Assembly: GCA_963764715.1 (NCBI GenBank)
Contig: CAVXTP010000018.1
Span: 11,966 to 75,965 of the forward strand
Direction: 5' to 3'
Source: an uncultured Acidobacteriota bacterium
Lineage (GTDB): Bacteria; Acidobacteriota; Thermoanaerobaculia; UBA5066; Gp7-AA6
Length of the DNA: 64,000 bases
Part shown: positions 1 to 10,350 of the stretch, piece by piece
How the letters are laid out: every line of letters begins with the position of its first letter
Position numbering within the stretch: the first letter of the stretch is position 1
Translations under genes and position numbers: made by a program
The notes under the pieces: model-generated
Told to the model about the DNA's origin: nothing
The model's database searches: none
Seen by the model: only the letters and a program-made list of their open reading frames with translations

Positions 1-1026
1 CTCATCGTCCTCCCGGGCAAGACCGAGACGACGGGTGTGACGCCGTTCGTGACGGGCGCGCCGCACGACCTCACGCTCGAGGACGCCGACGCCATCGGCA
101 AGCGCGTGCGCTCGATCCGGCGCTTCGCCCCGCTCACGCGCGGCGCGGCCCCGGCCGGTCGGGGCGAGCGCCGCCGCGACGTGACGGTGACGGGGACCTC
201 CGCCGAATTCCTCGCGGTGCGCAACCTCGCGATCCAGACCGGCCGCTTCCTGCCGGCGGGCGAGGCGGCCCGCGAGCAGCGCGTGTGCGTCGTCGGGTCG
301 ACCGTGCGCCGGGAGCTCTTCGGCGCCGAGAATCCGCTGGGCGAGTGGCTGCGCCTGGGCGACGAGCGCTTCCGGATCATCGGCGTCCTCGCGCCGCGGG
401 GCATGTCGATCGGCATGGACATGGACGACATGGTGTTCGTGCCGATCGGAAGAGCCATGAAGATGTTCAACCAGTCCGGCCTCTTCCGGCTGCTGCTCGA
501 GGTCCGGTCGCACGACGAGATCCCGGCCGCCGAGGAGGCCGTGCGGCGGGTCCTGATGGAGCGCCACGACGGCGAGGACGACGTGACGATGCTGACACAG
601 GACTCGGTCCTCGCGACCTTCGGCCGCATTCTGGCCCTGCTGACGGCCGCGCTCGTCGGCATCGCCGCGATCTCGCTGACGGTGGCGGGCATCGGAATCA
701 TGAACGTGATGCTCGTCTCGGTCTCGGAGCGCCGGCGCGAGATCGGGCTGCTGAAGGCGGTCGGCGTGACCGCCCGGCAGGTCGTCGCCGTCTTCCTGGT
801 CGAGGCCGCGCTGCTCTCGACCTCGGGCGGGGTTCTCGGGCTCGCCGTGGCGTTCGCGGGAACCGGGCTGCTCCGCGGCCTGTACCCGGCCTTTCCGGCG
901 CAGCCGCCGCCGTGGGCGGTCGGCGCCGCCCTGTTCGTCTCGATCTCGGTGGGCCTCGCCTTCGGGGCGGCGCCGGCGCGCCGCGCCTCCCGCCTCGACC
1001 CGATCGTGGCCCTGGCAAGGCGATGA
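1..1026 (+). CDS. MacB/FtsX-family ABC transporter permease (5' end outside window)
   Basis: Frame open from base 1; motif GIGIMNVMLVSVSERRREIGLLKAVG; ends PARRASRLDPIVAL. Confidence 0.92.
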   Translation, partial: LIVLPGKTETTGVTPFVTGAPHDLTLEDADAIGKRVRSIRRFAPLTRGAAPAGRGERRRDVTVTGTSAEFLAVRNLAIQTGRFLPAGEAAREQRVCVVGSTVRRELFGAENPLGEWLRLGDERFRIIGVLAPRGMSIGMDMDDMVFVPIGRAMKMFNQSGLFRLLLEVRSHDEIPAAEEAVRRVLMERHDGEDDVTMLTQDSVLATFGRILALLTAALVGIAAISLTVAGIGIMNVMLVSVSERRREIGLLKAVGVTARQVVAVFLVEAALLSTSGGVLGLAVAFAGTGLLRGLYPAFPAQPPPWAVGAALFVSISVGLAFGAAPARRASRLDPIVALARR

Positions 1027-2231
1027 GCGCTCGGGGCATGCGCGAGGCGCTTCGCCTGGCCATGGGGGCCGTGGCGGCCCGCCGCCTGCGCTCGGCGCTG
1101 ACGGTGCTCGGCGTCGTCATCGGCGTCGCCTCCGTCATCCTGCTGACGTCGCTCGGCGAAGGGACCCGCCGCTACATCGTCGAGGAGTTCACGCAGTTCG
1201 GGACGCACATCCTCTCCATCAACAAGGGCAAGGCCACGACGAGCGGCATGCCGGGGCTCTCGGCGACGGTGCGAAAGCTGACGATCGAAGACTCCGAGGC
1301 GCTGAAGCGAGTCCGCGGCATGGAGATCGTCCTGCCGGGGGCCTACGGCACGGCGGCGGTCGAGTTCGGGGACCGGTCCCGGCGCGTTCTCGTCTCCGGC
1401 GTGACCTCCGACATGCCGCGCGTGTTCAAGTTCGGCGTCCGGCAGGGCCGCTTCCTGCCGCCGGGCGATCCGCGGCGAGGCAGTCCCCAGGCCGTCCTCG
1501 GGCCCAAGCTCGCGCACGAGCTCTTCGGCGAGTCGAACCCGCTCGGCGAGCGCGTCCGCATCGGCGGCCGGCGGTTCCTCGTCATCGGCGTCATGGAGCC
1601 CAAGGGCCAGATCCTCGGCTTCGACATGGACGATCGGGCGTACATTCCGGTCGCGGTCGCGCAGAGCCTCTTCAACCAGGACGAGCTGACCGAGATCCAC
1701 GCGCTCTTCTCGAGCGACATCCCCGCCGCCCGGATCAAGGCCGCGGTGCGGCAGGCCCTCATGGCGCGGCACGACGGCGAGGAGGACTTCACGATCACGA
1801 CCGAGACCGAAATGCTCGACGTGCTCGGCCGCGTGCTCTCGATGGTCAGCCTCGCGGTGGCGGGCATCGCCGCGATCTCGCTCGTCGTCGGGGCGATCGG
1901 GATCCTGACCATGATGTGGATCGCGGTCGGCGAGCGCACGGGCGAGATCGGCCTCATGCGGGCCGTCGGCGCGACGCGGCGGCAGGTCCAGCGCCTCTAT
2001 CTGCTGGAGGCGGTCATGCTGTCCTCGGCCGGCGGCCTGGCCGGCGTTCTCGCGGGCTTCGGTCTGGGCGCCCTGATCCGCGTCTTCGCCCCGGGCCTTC
2101 CCCTCGAGACGAAGCCGGGTTACGTCGCGGCCGCCCTCGCCGTGAGCTTCGCCGTGGGCGTGGCGAGCGGCGTGCTGCCCGCGCGACGGGCCGCCTCGCT
2201 CGATCCCCTCGAGGCGCTGCGGGCGGAGTAG
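1023..2231 (+). CDS. MacB/FtsX-family ABC transporter permease
   Basis: ATG overlaps the previous stop (ATGA); RSALTVLGVVIGVASV, VGERTGEIGLMRAVGA, PARRAASLDPLEALRAE. Confidence 0.93.
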   Translation: MSARGMREALRLAMGAVAARRLRSALTVLGVVIGVASVILLTSLGEGTRRYIVEEFTQFGTHILSINKGKATTSGMPGLSATVRKLTIEDSEALKRVRGMEIVLPGAYGTAAVEFGDRSRRVLVSGVTSDMPRVFKFGVRQGRFLPPGDPRRGSPQAVLGPKLAHELFGESNPLGERVRIGGRRFLVIGVMEPKGQILGFDMDDRAYIPVAVAQSLFNQDELTEIHALFSSDIPAARIKAAVRQALMARHDGEEDFTITTETEMLDVLGRVLSMVSLAVAGIAAISLVVGAIGILTMMWIAVGERTGEIGLMRAVGATRRQVQRLYLLEAVMLSSAGGLAGVLAGFGLGALIRVFAPGLPLETKPGYVAAALAVSFAVGVASGVLPARRAASLDPLEALRAE

Positions 2232-2244
2232 TCGGCCGCCGCGG

Positions 2245-4767
2245 CTACCGGGCGGCGAGCCGGCGCAGGCGGTCGAGGATCTCGAGCGCGACGATTCCGG
2301 CGAGGCCCGCGCCGATCCCCAGGGCGGCGTCCGGGGGCCGGATCCCCGAAAAGTGAAAGAGCTCCCGGAGCCCGGGCAGGGCGAGGACGAGAAGCAGCGT
2401 CGCCGCCGCGAGCCCCGCGATCCAGCGGAGGGCGAGGTTGTGCCGCACGAGTGATTCGAGGGCGGTGTGCTCGAGGGACCGGTGCGCGAGGACGAGGCCG
2501 AGATTGCCCACGACGAGGGTGGCGAAGGCCGCGCCCCGGGCGGCTCCGACCGGGTGCCCGAGAAGAAACCCCCCGGCATAGACCGCCAGGGCCGCGGCGA
2601 GGACGACGCCTCCGCGCACCAGGGAGAGGGCCAGGCTCCGCGCGGAAAGCAGAGGGGCGTTCGGGGGGCGGGGTGGCCTCCGCATGACGTCGTCCTCGGC
2701 CGGCTCCGCCTCGAAGGCGATCGAGCTGACGGGATCGATGATGAGCTCGAGGAAGACGATCTGGACGGGCAGGAGCAGCAGCGGCCACCCGAGGAGCACC
2801 GGCACCAGGGCCATCCCCGCGATCGAAACGTGAACGGCGACGAGATAGGACGTCGCCTTCTTGAGGTTGTCGAAGATGCGCCGGCCGAGCCGGATCGCCG
2901 CGACGATCGAGGCGAAGTCATCGTCGAGAAGCACCAGGGCCGCCGCCTCCCGCGCGACGTCGGTGCCGCGGCCGCCCATCGCGATGCCGATGTGGGCGGC
3001 CTTCAGGGCCGGCGCATCGTTGACGCCGTCGCCCGTCATGACGACGACCTCGCCTCGCGCCTTGAGGGCCTCGACGAGTCGGAGCTTCTGCGCCGGAACG
3101 ATGCGCGCGAAAACCGAGATTTCGCCGATCCCGGCGGCGAGCGCGGCGTCGTCGAGGTCTTCGAGCATGGCCCCGGTCATCGGATCGGCGTCGGGCAGGC
3201 CGATCTCGCGCGCCACCCGGACGGCGGTGACCGGATAGTCCCCGGTGATCATCACGACGCGGATGCCGGCCGAGCGGGCGTCCTCGATCGCCGCGCGCGC
3301 CGACGGCCGCAGCGGATCTTCGAGGCCGAGGAGCCCGAGGAGCTCGAACGGAAAATCGTGGGACCGGGGCGGCAGCTCCGACGGCTGAAAGCGGGCCTTC
3401 GCGACGGCGAGCACGCGCAGCCCGTCGCGGGCGAGCTCCTCGACGCGGGAGGTGAGGCGGCGCGTCGCGGCTTCGGGAAGGTGGCACAGGTCTGCGATGG
3501 CCTCGGGCGCCCCCTTCGCCGCGATGACGAACTCCGCGAGTCCGCGCGACTTCCATGCGTGGGCCACGGCCAGGAGCTCGGGCGACAGCGGATATTCGCG
3601 GAGGAGCTCCCAGTCGTCGTGGAGGTGCTCAGTCCGGGCCAGCGTGCGCAGGCCGAACTCGCGGATCGCCTGCTCCATCGGGTCGAAAGGCGTGCGCTGG
3701 CTCGCCAGGATCGCGAACTCCACGAGCTCGTGAAACGCGTCGGGAAGCGTCGACGCATCGGCGACGTCGAGCACTCGGTCGCCGGCGACGACGCGCGCCA
3801 GGGCCATTCGATTGATTGTCAGGGTCCCCGTCTTGTCGACGCACAGGACCGTGGCGGCGCCGAGCGCCTCGACCGCCGGGATCCTTCGCGTCAGGACCCG
3901 CTGGCGCGAGATCCTCCAGGCGCCCAGAGCGAGGAACACCGTCAGAACCACGGGAAACTCTTCCGGGAGCACGGACATCGCCACGGCCAGGCCGGCGAGC
4001 AATCCTTCGAGCAGGTTCCCGCGGGAGCGGGAGTAGAGGACGACGATCAGCAGGCACACCGCGATCCCCACCGCCCCGAGCCTTCGGACGATGCGGCCGA
4101 TCTCGCGCTGGAGGGGGCTCTTCTCCTGAGGGATCGACCGGAGCGCCTGGCCGATGCGGCCCATCTCGGTCGCGGGCCCGGTCGCCGTGACCTCGGCGAG
4201 ACCCTGCCCGGAGACGACGAGTGTTCCGGCGAAGACACGCGCGGCCGGGTCGGCGGGGCGCCCGCTGGCGGGCGCGGATTCGCGCTTCTCGACCGGAACG
4301 GATTCCCCCGTCAGGAGCGACTCGTCCACGGAGAGGTTCGACAGCCACCGGACCTCGCCGTCGGCGGCGATGCGGTCTCCCTCGGAAACGATCAGCAGGT
4401 CGCCCCGGACGACCTCGCGTCCGGCGATGCGCGCCTGCGTCGAGTCGCGGATGACCCGCGCGCGCGGGCTCGCGAGATCGCGCAGCTTTTCGAGCGAGCG
4501 CTCGGTGCGGCGGCTCTGGAGGAGCGAGATGCCGATCACGGCGGCGATCGACGCCAGCAGGATGGCGGCTTCGGCGGGGTCGCCGAGCGCGAAGTAGATC
4601 GCCCCGGAGGCCACGAGCAGCAGGATCATCGGCTCGCGCAGGACTTCCCCGGCGAGCGCCGCGAGGCCTCGCCGCTTCGCCTCCGCGATCTCGTTGGGGC
4701 CGTCCTTCGCGAGCCGCGCCCGGGCCTCTTCGGAAGAGAGCCCCTGGAACGCGCTTCCGTCGCGCAA
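2245..4767 (-). CDS. Cation-translocating P-type ATPase (P2/Ca2+-type)
   Basis: TGES, PEEFP, DKTGTLT, KGAPE, TGD and GDGVNDAPAL motifs. Confidence 0.95.
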   Translation of the reverse strand: MRDGSAFQGLSSEEARARLAKDGPNEIAEAKRRGLAALAGEVLREPMILLLVASGAIYFALGDPAEAAILLASIAAVIGISLLQSRRTERSLEKLRDLASPRARVIRDSTQARIAGREVVRGDLLIVSEGDRIAADGEVRWLSNLSVDESLLTGESVPVEKRESAPASGRPADPAARVFAGTLVVSGQGLAEVTATGPATEMGRIGQALRSIPQEKSPLQREIGRIVRRLGAVGIAVCLLIVVLYSRSRGNLLEGLLAGLAVAMSVLPEEFPVVLTVFLALGAWRISRQRVLTRRIPAVEALGAATVLCVDKTGTLTINRMALARVVAGDRVLDVADASTLPDAFHELVEFAILASQRTPFDPMEQAIREFGLRTLARTEHLHDDWELLREYPLSPELLAVAHAWKSRGLAEFVIAAKGAPEAIADLCHLPEAATRRLTSRVEELARDGLRVLAVAKARFQPSELPPRSHDFPFELLGLLGLEDPLRPSARAAIEDARSAGIRVVMITGDYPVTAVRVAREIGLPDADPMTGAMLEDLDDAALAAGIGEISVFARIVPAQKLRLVEALKARGEVVVMTGDGVNDAPALKAAHIGIAMGGRGTDVAREAAALVLLDDDFASIVAAIRLGRRIFDNLKKATSYLVAVHVSIAGMALVPVLLGWPLLLLPVQIVFLELIIDPVSSIAFEAEPAEDDVMRRPPRPPNAPLLSARSLALSLVRGGVVLAAALAVYAGGFLLGHPVGAARGAAFATLVVGNLGLVLAHRSLEHTALESLVRHNLALRWIAGLAAATLLLVLALPGLRELFHFSGIRPPDAALGIGAGLAGIVALEILDRLRRLAAR

Positions 4768-4774
4768 TTCGGCC

Positions 4775-7480
4775 CTAGTACGCGATCCGCCGCGAGGGGG
4801 GAAGCACCGGGCGGCGCTCGATCCGGACGCGCGCGTCGACGACGCGCAGGCCCTTGCCGAGCACCTTGACGGGGTTCAGGTCCATCTCGCGCACTTCCGG
4901 GCAGGCCTCGACGAGGGCCGAGAGCCGCAGCAGCAGGTCGCGCAGCGCGGCCTCGTCGTGGCGCGGAGCGCCGCGGTACCCGCGCAGGAGCGCCGTGCCG
5001 CGAACTTCGTCGAGCATCGCCTCGACGTCCGCGTCGGTCAGCGGCGGGAGGCGGAAGGCCACGTCCGAAAGCAGCTCGACGAGCGTGCCTCCGCTGCCGT
5101 AGAGCACGAGGGGCCCGAACGTCGGGTCGTTCGTGACGCCGGCGATCACTTCGACCCCGCCCGCCACCATCGACTGGACGAGGTAGTCCGTGAGGTCGTC
5201 GCCGAGCCGCTTCTTCAGGTCCCGACAGGCGGCCTGGACGGCGGCCTCGTCGGCGAGGTTGAGGCGAACGCCTCCGACCTCGGTCTTGTGGAGGATCGTC
5301 GGGCCGACGGCCTTCAGCACGACGGGGAAGCCGAGCTCGCGCGCCGCCGCCGCCGCCTCGGAGTCGGTTCGCGCCAGCCGCATGGGGGCGACGGGAATCC
5401 CGAAGGACGACAGAAACTCGTCGGTCTCGAGCGGCGGGAGCCAGCCTCCGCCCCGCTCGAGCGTGCGCTCGACCACCGCCCGCGCGCGCGCCGGATCGAG
5501 GCCGTCGAGCTTCGGAACCTTGCCGACGGGCTGGCGCTTCCACTCCCCGTACGCCGCGGCCCGCGCGAGCGCGATGACCGCCGACTCGGGGAAGGGGTAG
5601 CACGGAATGGGCGCGAGGACCGGGGGCGCGCCCTTGGCGCTCATGAACGTCGCGAGGACCGGCTTGCGGGCGCCGCGCGCGCCGTCGACGATGGCCGACG
5701 CGACCTCGTCGGCATTGGAGGCGATGGGCGGAATGAAGATGACGACGAGGCTGTCGATCGCGTCGTCCGCGAGGAGGATCTTCTCGGCCCGGCGGTAGTG
5801 CTCCGGCGACGCCGAGGCCAGCATGTCGACGGGATTCCCGACGCTCGCGGCCGCGGGAAGGAAGGCGCGCAGGGCCTCGATCGTCTTCGGCGAGAGCGCC
5901 GGGAGCTCCAGCCCCTTGGCCTCGCAGGCGTCGGCGGCGAGGATGCCGGGGCCGCCGGCGTTGGTCAGGATGCCGACGCGGCGGCCGCGCGGCACGGGCT
6001 GGTTGGCGAGGATCATCGCGACGTCGAAGAGCTCCTCCAGGGTCCCTGTCCGGATGACGCCGGCCTGGCGCAGGAGGGCGTCGACGACCTGGTCCGACTC
6101 GGCGAGCGCGCCGGTGTGGGAGCTGGCGGCCCGCGACCCGGCCCGCGAACGGCCGGACTTGACGGCGATGATCGGCTTGCGGCGCGCGACGCGGCGGGCG
6201 ATCTTCGAAAAGCGAATGGGATTGCCGAAGCTCTCGAGGTACAGCAGGATGACGTCGGTCCGCGGGTCCTCCGCCCAGTACTGGATGAGGTCGTTGCCCG
6301 AGACGTCCGCCTTGTTGCCGACCGAGACGAACGTCGAGATCCCGAGGTTGAGCTTGGAGGCGTAGTCGAGGAGAGCGAGCCCGAGCGCCCCGCTCTGGGA
6401 CGAGAGCGCCACGCGGCCCTCAGGGGGGTAGATGGGCCCGAAGGTGGCGTTGAGGCGGAACTGGGGATCGGTGTTGACGAGGCCCATGCAGTTGGGGCCG
6501 ACCATCCGCATCCCGGCGGCGCGCACCTTGTCGAGCAGGACCGCCTCGCGGCGCCGTCCCTCGTCGCCCGTCTCGGAGAAGCCCGCCGTGATGACCACGA
6601 TCCCGGCGACGCCCTTGGCCGCGCACTCGTCCACGGCGGCCTCGACGCGGTCGCTCGGGACCGAGATCACGGCGAGGTCCACGGGCCCGGGGACGTCCGA
6701 GAGGCTCGGGTAGCAGCGGACGCCCTCGATCTCGGCGGCGCGCGGGTTGATCGGCACGAGCGTTCCGCGGAACACGTCGTGGAGGTTGTGGAAGATCTCG
6801 GCCCCGATCTTGCCGCGCTCGCGGCTGGCGCCGATGACGGCCACGACCCCCGGCTCGAACAGGCGCTGCATCGACGCGAACGCGGCGCGCGCCGAGCGGT
6901 CGGCGGCGTGCTCCTCGAAGGCGGCCGTGGGCGTGATCGACAGGACGATCCGCTCGACGCCGCTCTCCGTCCGCCGCTCGGTCGTCTCGAAGCCGCAGTT
7001 GCGGAAGACGTCGATCATGCGGCGGTTGTGGCCGAGGACCTCGGCTTCGAAGGTGTCGATGCCGTGGGCGCGGGCGATCTCCGCCAGCCGCTCGAGGAGC
7101 CGCGTCCCGACCCCCTGCCCCTGGAGCGGGTCCTCCACGGTGAAGGCGACCTCCGCCCGGTCGGGATGGTTCGGAAGCCGGAAGTAGTGGGCGACCGCGA
7201 CGAGCCGGCCGGCGACCTCGCCGACGAGGGCGAACTGGTCGTGGTAGTCGACGCGGCAGAAGCCCGCGGCCTTCTCGGCGTCGACCCGGGGAAGCGAGAA
7301 GAACCGGAAGTAGAGGCTGTCGGGGGAGAGCCGGCGGTAGAAGGCGAGCAGGGCGGCGGCGTCGTCCGGCCGGATGGGGCGCAGCCGCAGGGTCGAGCCC
7401 GAGCGCAGGACGACGTCGCGCTCTTCTTCCCTCGGATAGGCGGCCTCGGCGGCGGGGGCGGATTTGGTTGTCTTGCGCAC
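4775..7480 (-). CDS. Pat-type protein lysine acetyltransferase (GNAT + CoA-binding/acyl-CoA synthetase-like + ATP-grasp)
   Basis: GNAT (RAEVAFTVEDPLQGQGVGTRLL), GPNCMG, SQSGALG, SVGNKAD, HKTEVGGV, EMDLNPV; GTG at 7480 preceded by GGAGG. Confidence 0.9.
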   Translation of the reverse strand: MRKTTKSAPAAEAAYPREEERDVVLRSGSTLRLRPIRPDDAAALLAFYRRLSPDSLYFRFFSLPRVDAEKAAGFCRVDYHDQFALVGEVAGRLVAVAHYFRLPNHPDRAEVAFTVEDPLQGQGVGTRLLERLAEIARAHGIDTFEAEVLGHNRRMIDVFRNCGFETTERRTESGVERIVLSITPTAAFEEHAADRSARAAFASMQRLFEPGVVAVIGASRERGKIGAEIFHNLHDVFRGTLVPINPRAAEIEGVRCYPSLSDVPGPVDLAVISVPSDRVEAAVDECAAKGVAGIVVITAGFSETGDEGRRREAVLLDKVRAAGMRMVGPNCMGLVNTDPQFRLNATFGPIYPPEGRVALSSQSGALGLALLDYASKLNLGISTFVSVGNKADVSGNDLIQYWAEDPRTDVILLYLESFGNPIRFSKIARRVARRKPIIAVKSGRSRAGSRAASSHTGALAESDQVVDALLRQAGVIRTGTLEELFDVAMILANQPVPRGRRVGILTNAGGPGILAADACEAKGLELPALSPKTIEALRAFLPAAASVGNPVDMLASASPEHYRRAEKILLADDAIDSLVVIFIPPIASNADEVASAIVDGARGARKPVLATFMSAKGAPPVLAPIPCYPFPESAVIALARAAAYGEWKRQPVGKVPKLDGLDPARARAVVERTLERGGGWLPPLETDEFLSSFGIPVAPMRLARTDSEAAAAARELGFPVVLKAVGPTILHKTEVGGVRLNLADEAAVQAACRDLKKRLGDDLTDYLVQSMVAGGVEVIAGVTNDPTFGPLVLYGSGGTLVELLSDVAFRLPPLTDADVEAMLDEVRGTALLRGYRGAPRHDEAALRDLLLRLSALVEACPEVREMDLNPVKVLGKGLRVVDARVRIERRPVLPPSRRIAY

Positions 7481-7523
7481 GAATCCTCCGTTCGAAGGCT
7501 CGCGTGATCCGCGCGAACGAACC

Positions 7524-7539
7524 TGATGCGAATGGATCA
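7524..7539. promoter_or_regulatory. TGATGC-N4-GCATCA-type site (TGATGCGAATGGATCA) in the divergent pat/pfkB promoter
   Basis: Near-palindrome; TAGAGT -10-like hexamer at 7562. Confidence 0.65.
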
Positions 7540-7646
7540 TAAGTGGAATTGCGGTTGCGCCTAGAGTCGGAATCACCGGGAGGTTCGCCATTGTGCAGCC
7601 AGCGGGGTCCACGCAGCGGGCGTCCTTTCCTCGGGCCGAAGGCCCG

Positions 7647-8603
7647 ATGAAGGAGGTGTCCGCGGCCGTCGCTCCGATCGTGACGGTGACGGTGAACCCG
7701 TGCATCGACGAGAGCGCCGACGTCGATCGCGTCGTCCCGGACCGGAAGCTGCGCTGCGGCCCGCCGCGCTACGAGCCCGGCGGCGGCGGAATCAACGTGG
7801 CCCGCGCCGTGCGCCGGCTGGGAGGCGATGCGCTCGCGATCTATCCCGCGGGGGGAGCGGCGGGCGATCTGCTGTCGGCGCTCCTCGACCGCGAGGGCCT
7901 CGCGCACCGGCCGCTGAAGATCGCCGGATGGACGCGCGAAAACCTCAACGTCCGCGAGGAATCGACGGGGCACCAGTACCGGTTCGTCCTCCCCGGCCCG
8001 GAGTTGACCCTCGCCGAACGGGAGGCCCTCCTCGCGGAGGTCGCGGCCCTGCGGCCCTTCCCGGCGTACCTCGTCGCGAGCGGGAGCCTGCCGCCGGGCG
8101 TCCCGGCCGACTTCCTCGCGCGCCTGGCCCGGCTCGCCCGCGAGCGCGGCGCCCGGTTCGTGCTCGACGCCTCCGGCGAGGCGGCCCGGCGGGGCCTCGA
8201 GGAGGGCGTCTTCCTCGTCAAGCCGAGCCTGCGCGAGTTCCAGCACCTGGCGGGCCTTGCCGACGCGGAGGAGTCCCATCTGGTCGCGGAATGCGGGCGC
8301 TGGATCGGGTCGGGACGGTGCGAGGTCGTCGTTCTCTCGCTCGGCGCCGCCGGCGTCCTGTGGGTGACGGCGGATGCGAGCGAGCGTTTGCCGTCGCCGA
8401 CCGTGCCCGTGCGGAGCACCGTCGGGGCCGGCGACTCGATGCTCGCCGGGATCGTGTTGCGGCTCCAGCAGGGGGCGGGCCTCCGCGACGCCGTCCGTTT
8501 CGGGGTCGCGGCGGGCGCCGCCACGGTCATGAACCCGGGAACCGAGCTGTGCCGCCGGCCGGACGTCGAGCGACTTTACGCGCAGATGGCGGCGGCCGCC
8601 TGA
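7647..8603 (+). CDS. pfkB: PfkB-family hexose kinase (1-phosphofructokinase/6-phosphofructokinase 2-like)
   Basis: TVTVNPCID, PGGGGINVAR, SGSLPPG, VKPSLRE, STVGAGDS. Confidence 0.9.
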   Translation: MKEVSAAVAPIVTVTVNPCIDESADVDRVVPDRKLRCGPPRYEPGGGGINVARAVRRLGGDALAIYPAGGAAGDLLSALLDREGLAHRPLKIAGWTRENLNVREESTGHQYRFVLPGPELTLAEREALLAEVAALRPFPAYLVASGSLPPGVPADFLARLARLARERGARFVLDASGEAARRGLEEGVFLVKPSLREFQHLAGLADAEESHLVAECGRWIGSGRCEVVVLSLGAAGVLWVTADASERLPSPTVPVRSTVGAGDSMLAGIVLRLQQGAGLRDAVRFGVAAGAATVMNPGTELCRRPDVERLYAQMAAAA

Positions 8604-8638
8604 GAAGGACCATTCAACGAGCGAAAGAGGAGGATGCC

Positions 8639-9094
8639 ATGCGAGTCCAGGACATCATGACCCGGAAGGTCGAGACGATTGCGTCGACCGAACCGGTCGA
8701 GGCGGCCGTCGAACGGATGCGGCAGAAGAGGATCCGGCATCTCGTCGTGATGAAGAGCGCCCACCTCGTGGGGATCGTGTCCCAGAGCGATCTTCGGGAG
8801 TTCGGCGCGGGCGAGCGGCTCCGGGTGGAGGATGTCATGACGGCGCCGGCCATTTCCGCCTCGTCCGACATGACGATCCGCAAGGTCGCCAACCTCCTGC
8901 GGGGCCGCAGCATCGGCTGCCTGCCGGTCGTGGACAACGGCGATCTGGTCGGGATCGTGACCACGACGGACCTGCTGGAGCGGATCGGCCGGGGCGCCGA
9001 GCGGCCGGTCGACAAGGGAAAGCGCTGGACGCTGAAGGGCCGGGGCCCGCGCCGCAAGAGCGTCGTCGGCCACAAGGGCTTCGCCGCCCACTGA
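8639..9094 (+). CDS. CBS-domain pair protein
   Basis: MRVQDIMTR...IRHLVV...VEDVMT...IGCLPVVDNGDLVGIVTTTDLL; SD GAGGAGG. Confidence 0.9.
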   Translation: MRVQDIMTRKVETIASTEPVEAAVERMRQKRIRHLVVMKSAHLVGIVSQSDLREFGAGERLRVEDVMTAPAISASSDMTIRKVANLLRGRSIGCLPVVDNGDLVGIVTTTDLLERIGRGAERPVDKGKRWTLKGRGPRRKSVVGHKGFAAH

Positions 9095-9103
9095 GGCGGC
9101 ACT

Positions 9104-9119
9104 TGATGCGATCGCATCA
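9104..9119. promoter_or_regulatory. Perfect 16-bp palindrome TGATGCGATCGCATCA upstream of usp
   Basis: Exact inverted repeat in an intergenic region; an imperfect second copy at 9130-9146. Confidence 0.75.
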
Positions 9120-9180
9120 GGCGGCTCCTCGATGCGGCTGTTATCAAGGTCAAGATGCCGTGGGGATGGAGGTACGACCG

Positions 9181-9588
9181 ATGAAGATCCTGGTGGCGAC
9201 CGACGGCTCGCGCGCGGGCCTGGCGGCGGTGAAGTTCGCGGCGAAGCTCGCGGGGGGGGACCGGGGCAACCGAGTCGTGGTGCTGACCGTCGAATCAAAC
9301 GGAAACTCGGGGGCCGGGACGCAGAAGGTCCTCGAGGCCGCCGCGCGGCAGATGGGCAAGGGCCGCGGCCAGAGCCGGTTCCAGGCGGTTGCGGCGCGCG
9401 GCGTCGAGGTCCCGGAAGTCATTTCGCGGGAGGCGGATCGGTGCCACGCGGACCTCGTCGTCGTCGGCAGCGAAGGCCGGGACTCGCTCGACGAGTGGGT
9501 GGTCGGGGGCACCGCCCTCCGGCTGATCTACGTCGCCCGACGGCCCGTGACGGTCGTGCGGGCGCCACGCAAACGCAAGGCCAGCTGA
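9181..9588 (+). CDS. Universal stress protein (UspA family)
   Basis: MKILVATDGS...ADLVVVGSEGR...VVGGTA...PVTVVR; SD GGAGG. Confidence 0.9.
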   Translation: MKILVATDGSRAGLAAVKFAAKLAGGDRGNRVVVLTVESNGNSGAGTQKVLEAAARQMGKGRGQSRFQAVAARGVEVPEVISREADRCHADLVVVGSEGRDSLDEWVVGGTALRLIYVARRPVTVVRAPRKRKAS

Positions 9589-9644
9589 CCCGCGGCGGCT
9601 CCGGGAACGGTGCTAGGCTTAAGGCCTTCACCGAAAGCCGAGCC

Positions 9645-10301
9645 GTGCCACACTCATCTGAAGCCCTCGACCGGATCTCGCGCAGCGGGGAGGCCGTTTT
9701 CGCGATCGATTCGTCCGACCGGGTCATCCTCTGGAACAAGAAGTGCGAGGAGCTTCTCGGCAAGCCCGCGCGCGCCGTGCTCGGGAAGCGCTGTTACGAC
9801 GTCATGGGCGGCCGCGACGAGAACGGCAACGTCTACTGCTACCGGAACTGCCCCGTCGCCTTCCAGGCCCGCGAGCGGCAGAAGGACCCGGTCCACCGGT
9901 TCCAGCTGACCGTCGACTCGGTCAACGGAGCCCGCAAGTCGGTCGACGTCTCGCTCTTCGCCATTCCGTCCTACCACCCGGCGCTCTCGACCCTCGTCCA
10001 CGTTCTGCGGGAGGGAAAGAAGAAACCGACGGCGCTCGAGAAGGTGCTGGCGCAGGAGGCCGAGGTCCGCGAGCCGCTCTGGCCCATGGAGACGAAGACG
10101 GGCCAGCCGATCGATCTGACCTCGCGCGAGAAGGAGATCCTGCGCTGCCTCGCCGAGGGGCTTCCCACGAGCGCGATCGGCAAGAAGCTCTTCATCTCGC
10201 CGGTCACGGTCCGCAACCACATCCAGAACATCCTGCACAAGCTCGACGTCCACACCAAGCTCGCCGCGGTCGTCTTCGCCTACCAGCACAACCTGATCTG
10301 A
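9645..10301 (+). CDS. PAS-LuxR one-component transcriptional regulator (paralog 1)
   Basis: PAS start (EAVFAID...ILWNK); LuxR HTH (LTSREKEILRCLAEG...ISPVTVRNHIQNILHKLDVHTK); C-x15-C-x14-C-x3-C. Confidence 0.88.
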   Translation: MPHSSEALDRISRSGEAVFAIDSSDRVILWNKKCEELLGKPARAVLGKRCYDVMGGRDENGNVYCYRNCPVAFQARERQKDPVHRFQLTVDSVNGARKSVDVSLFAIPSYHPALSTLVHVLREGKKKPTALEKVLAQEAEVREPLWPMETKTGQPIDLTSREKEILRCLAEGLPTSAIGKKLFISPVTVRNHIQNILHKLDVHTKLAAVVFAYQHNLI

Positions 10302-10350
10302 CGGCCCGGCCGGGCCCGGGGAACCCGAGCCCCACCACGTCGTCCCCCGC

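Noticed and set aside
4694-7507. 937-aa plus-strand ORF, and similar long shadow ORFs (2467-4869, 26621-28810, 53475-56672, 61724-63520)
   Set aside because: Antisense to genes with clear motifs; long shadow frames are expected at this GC content
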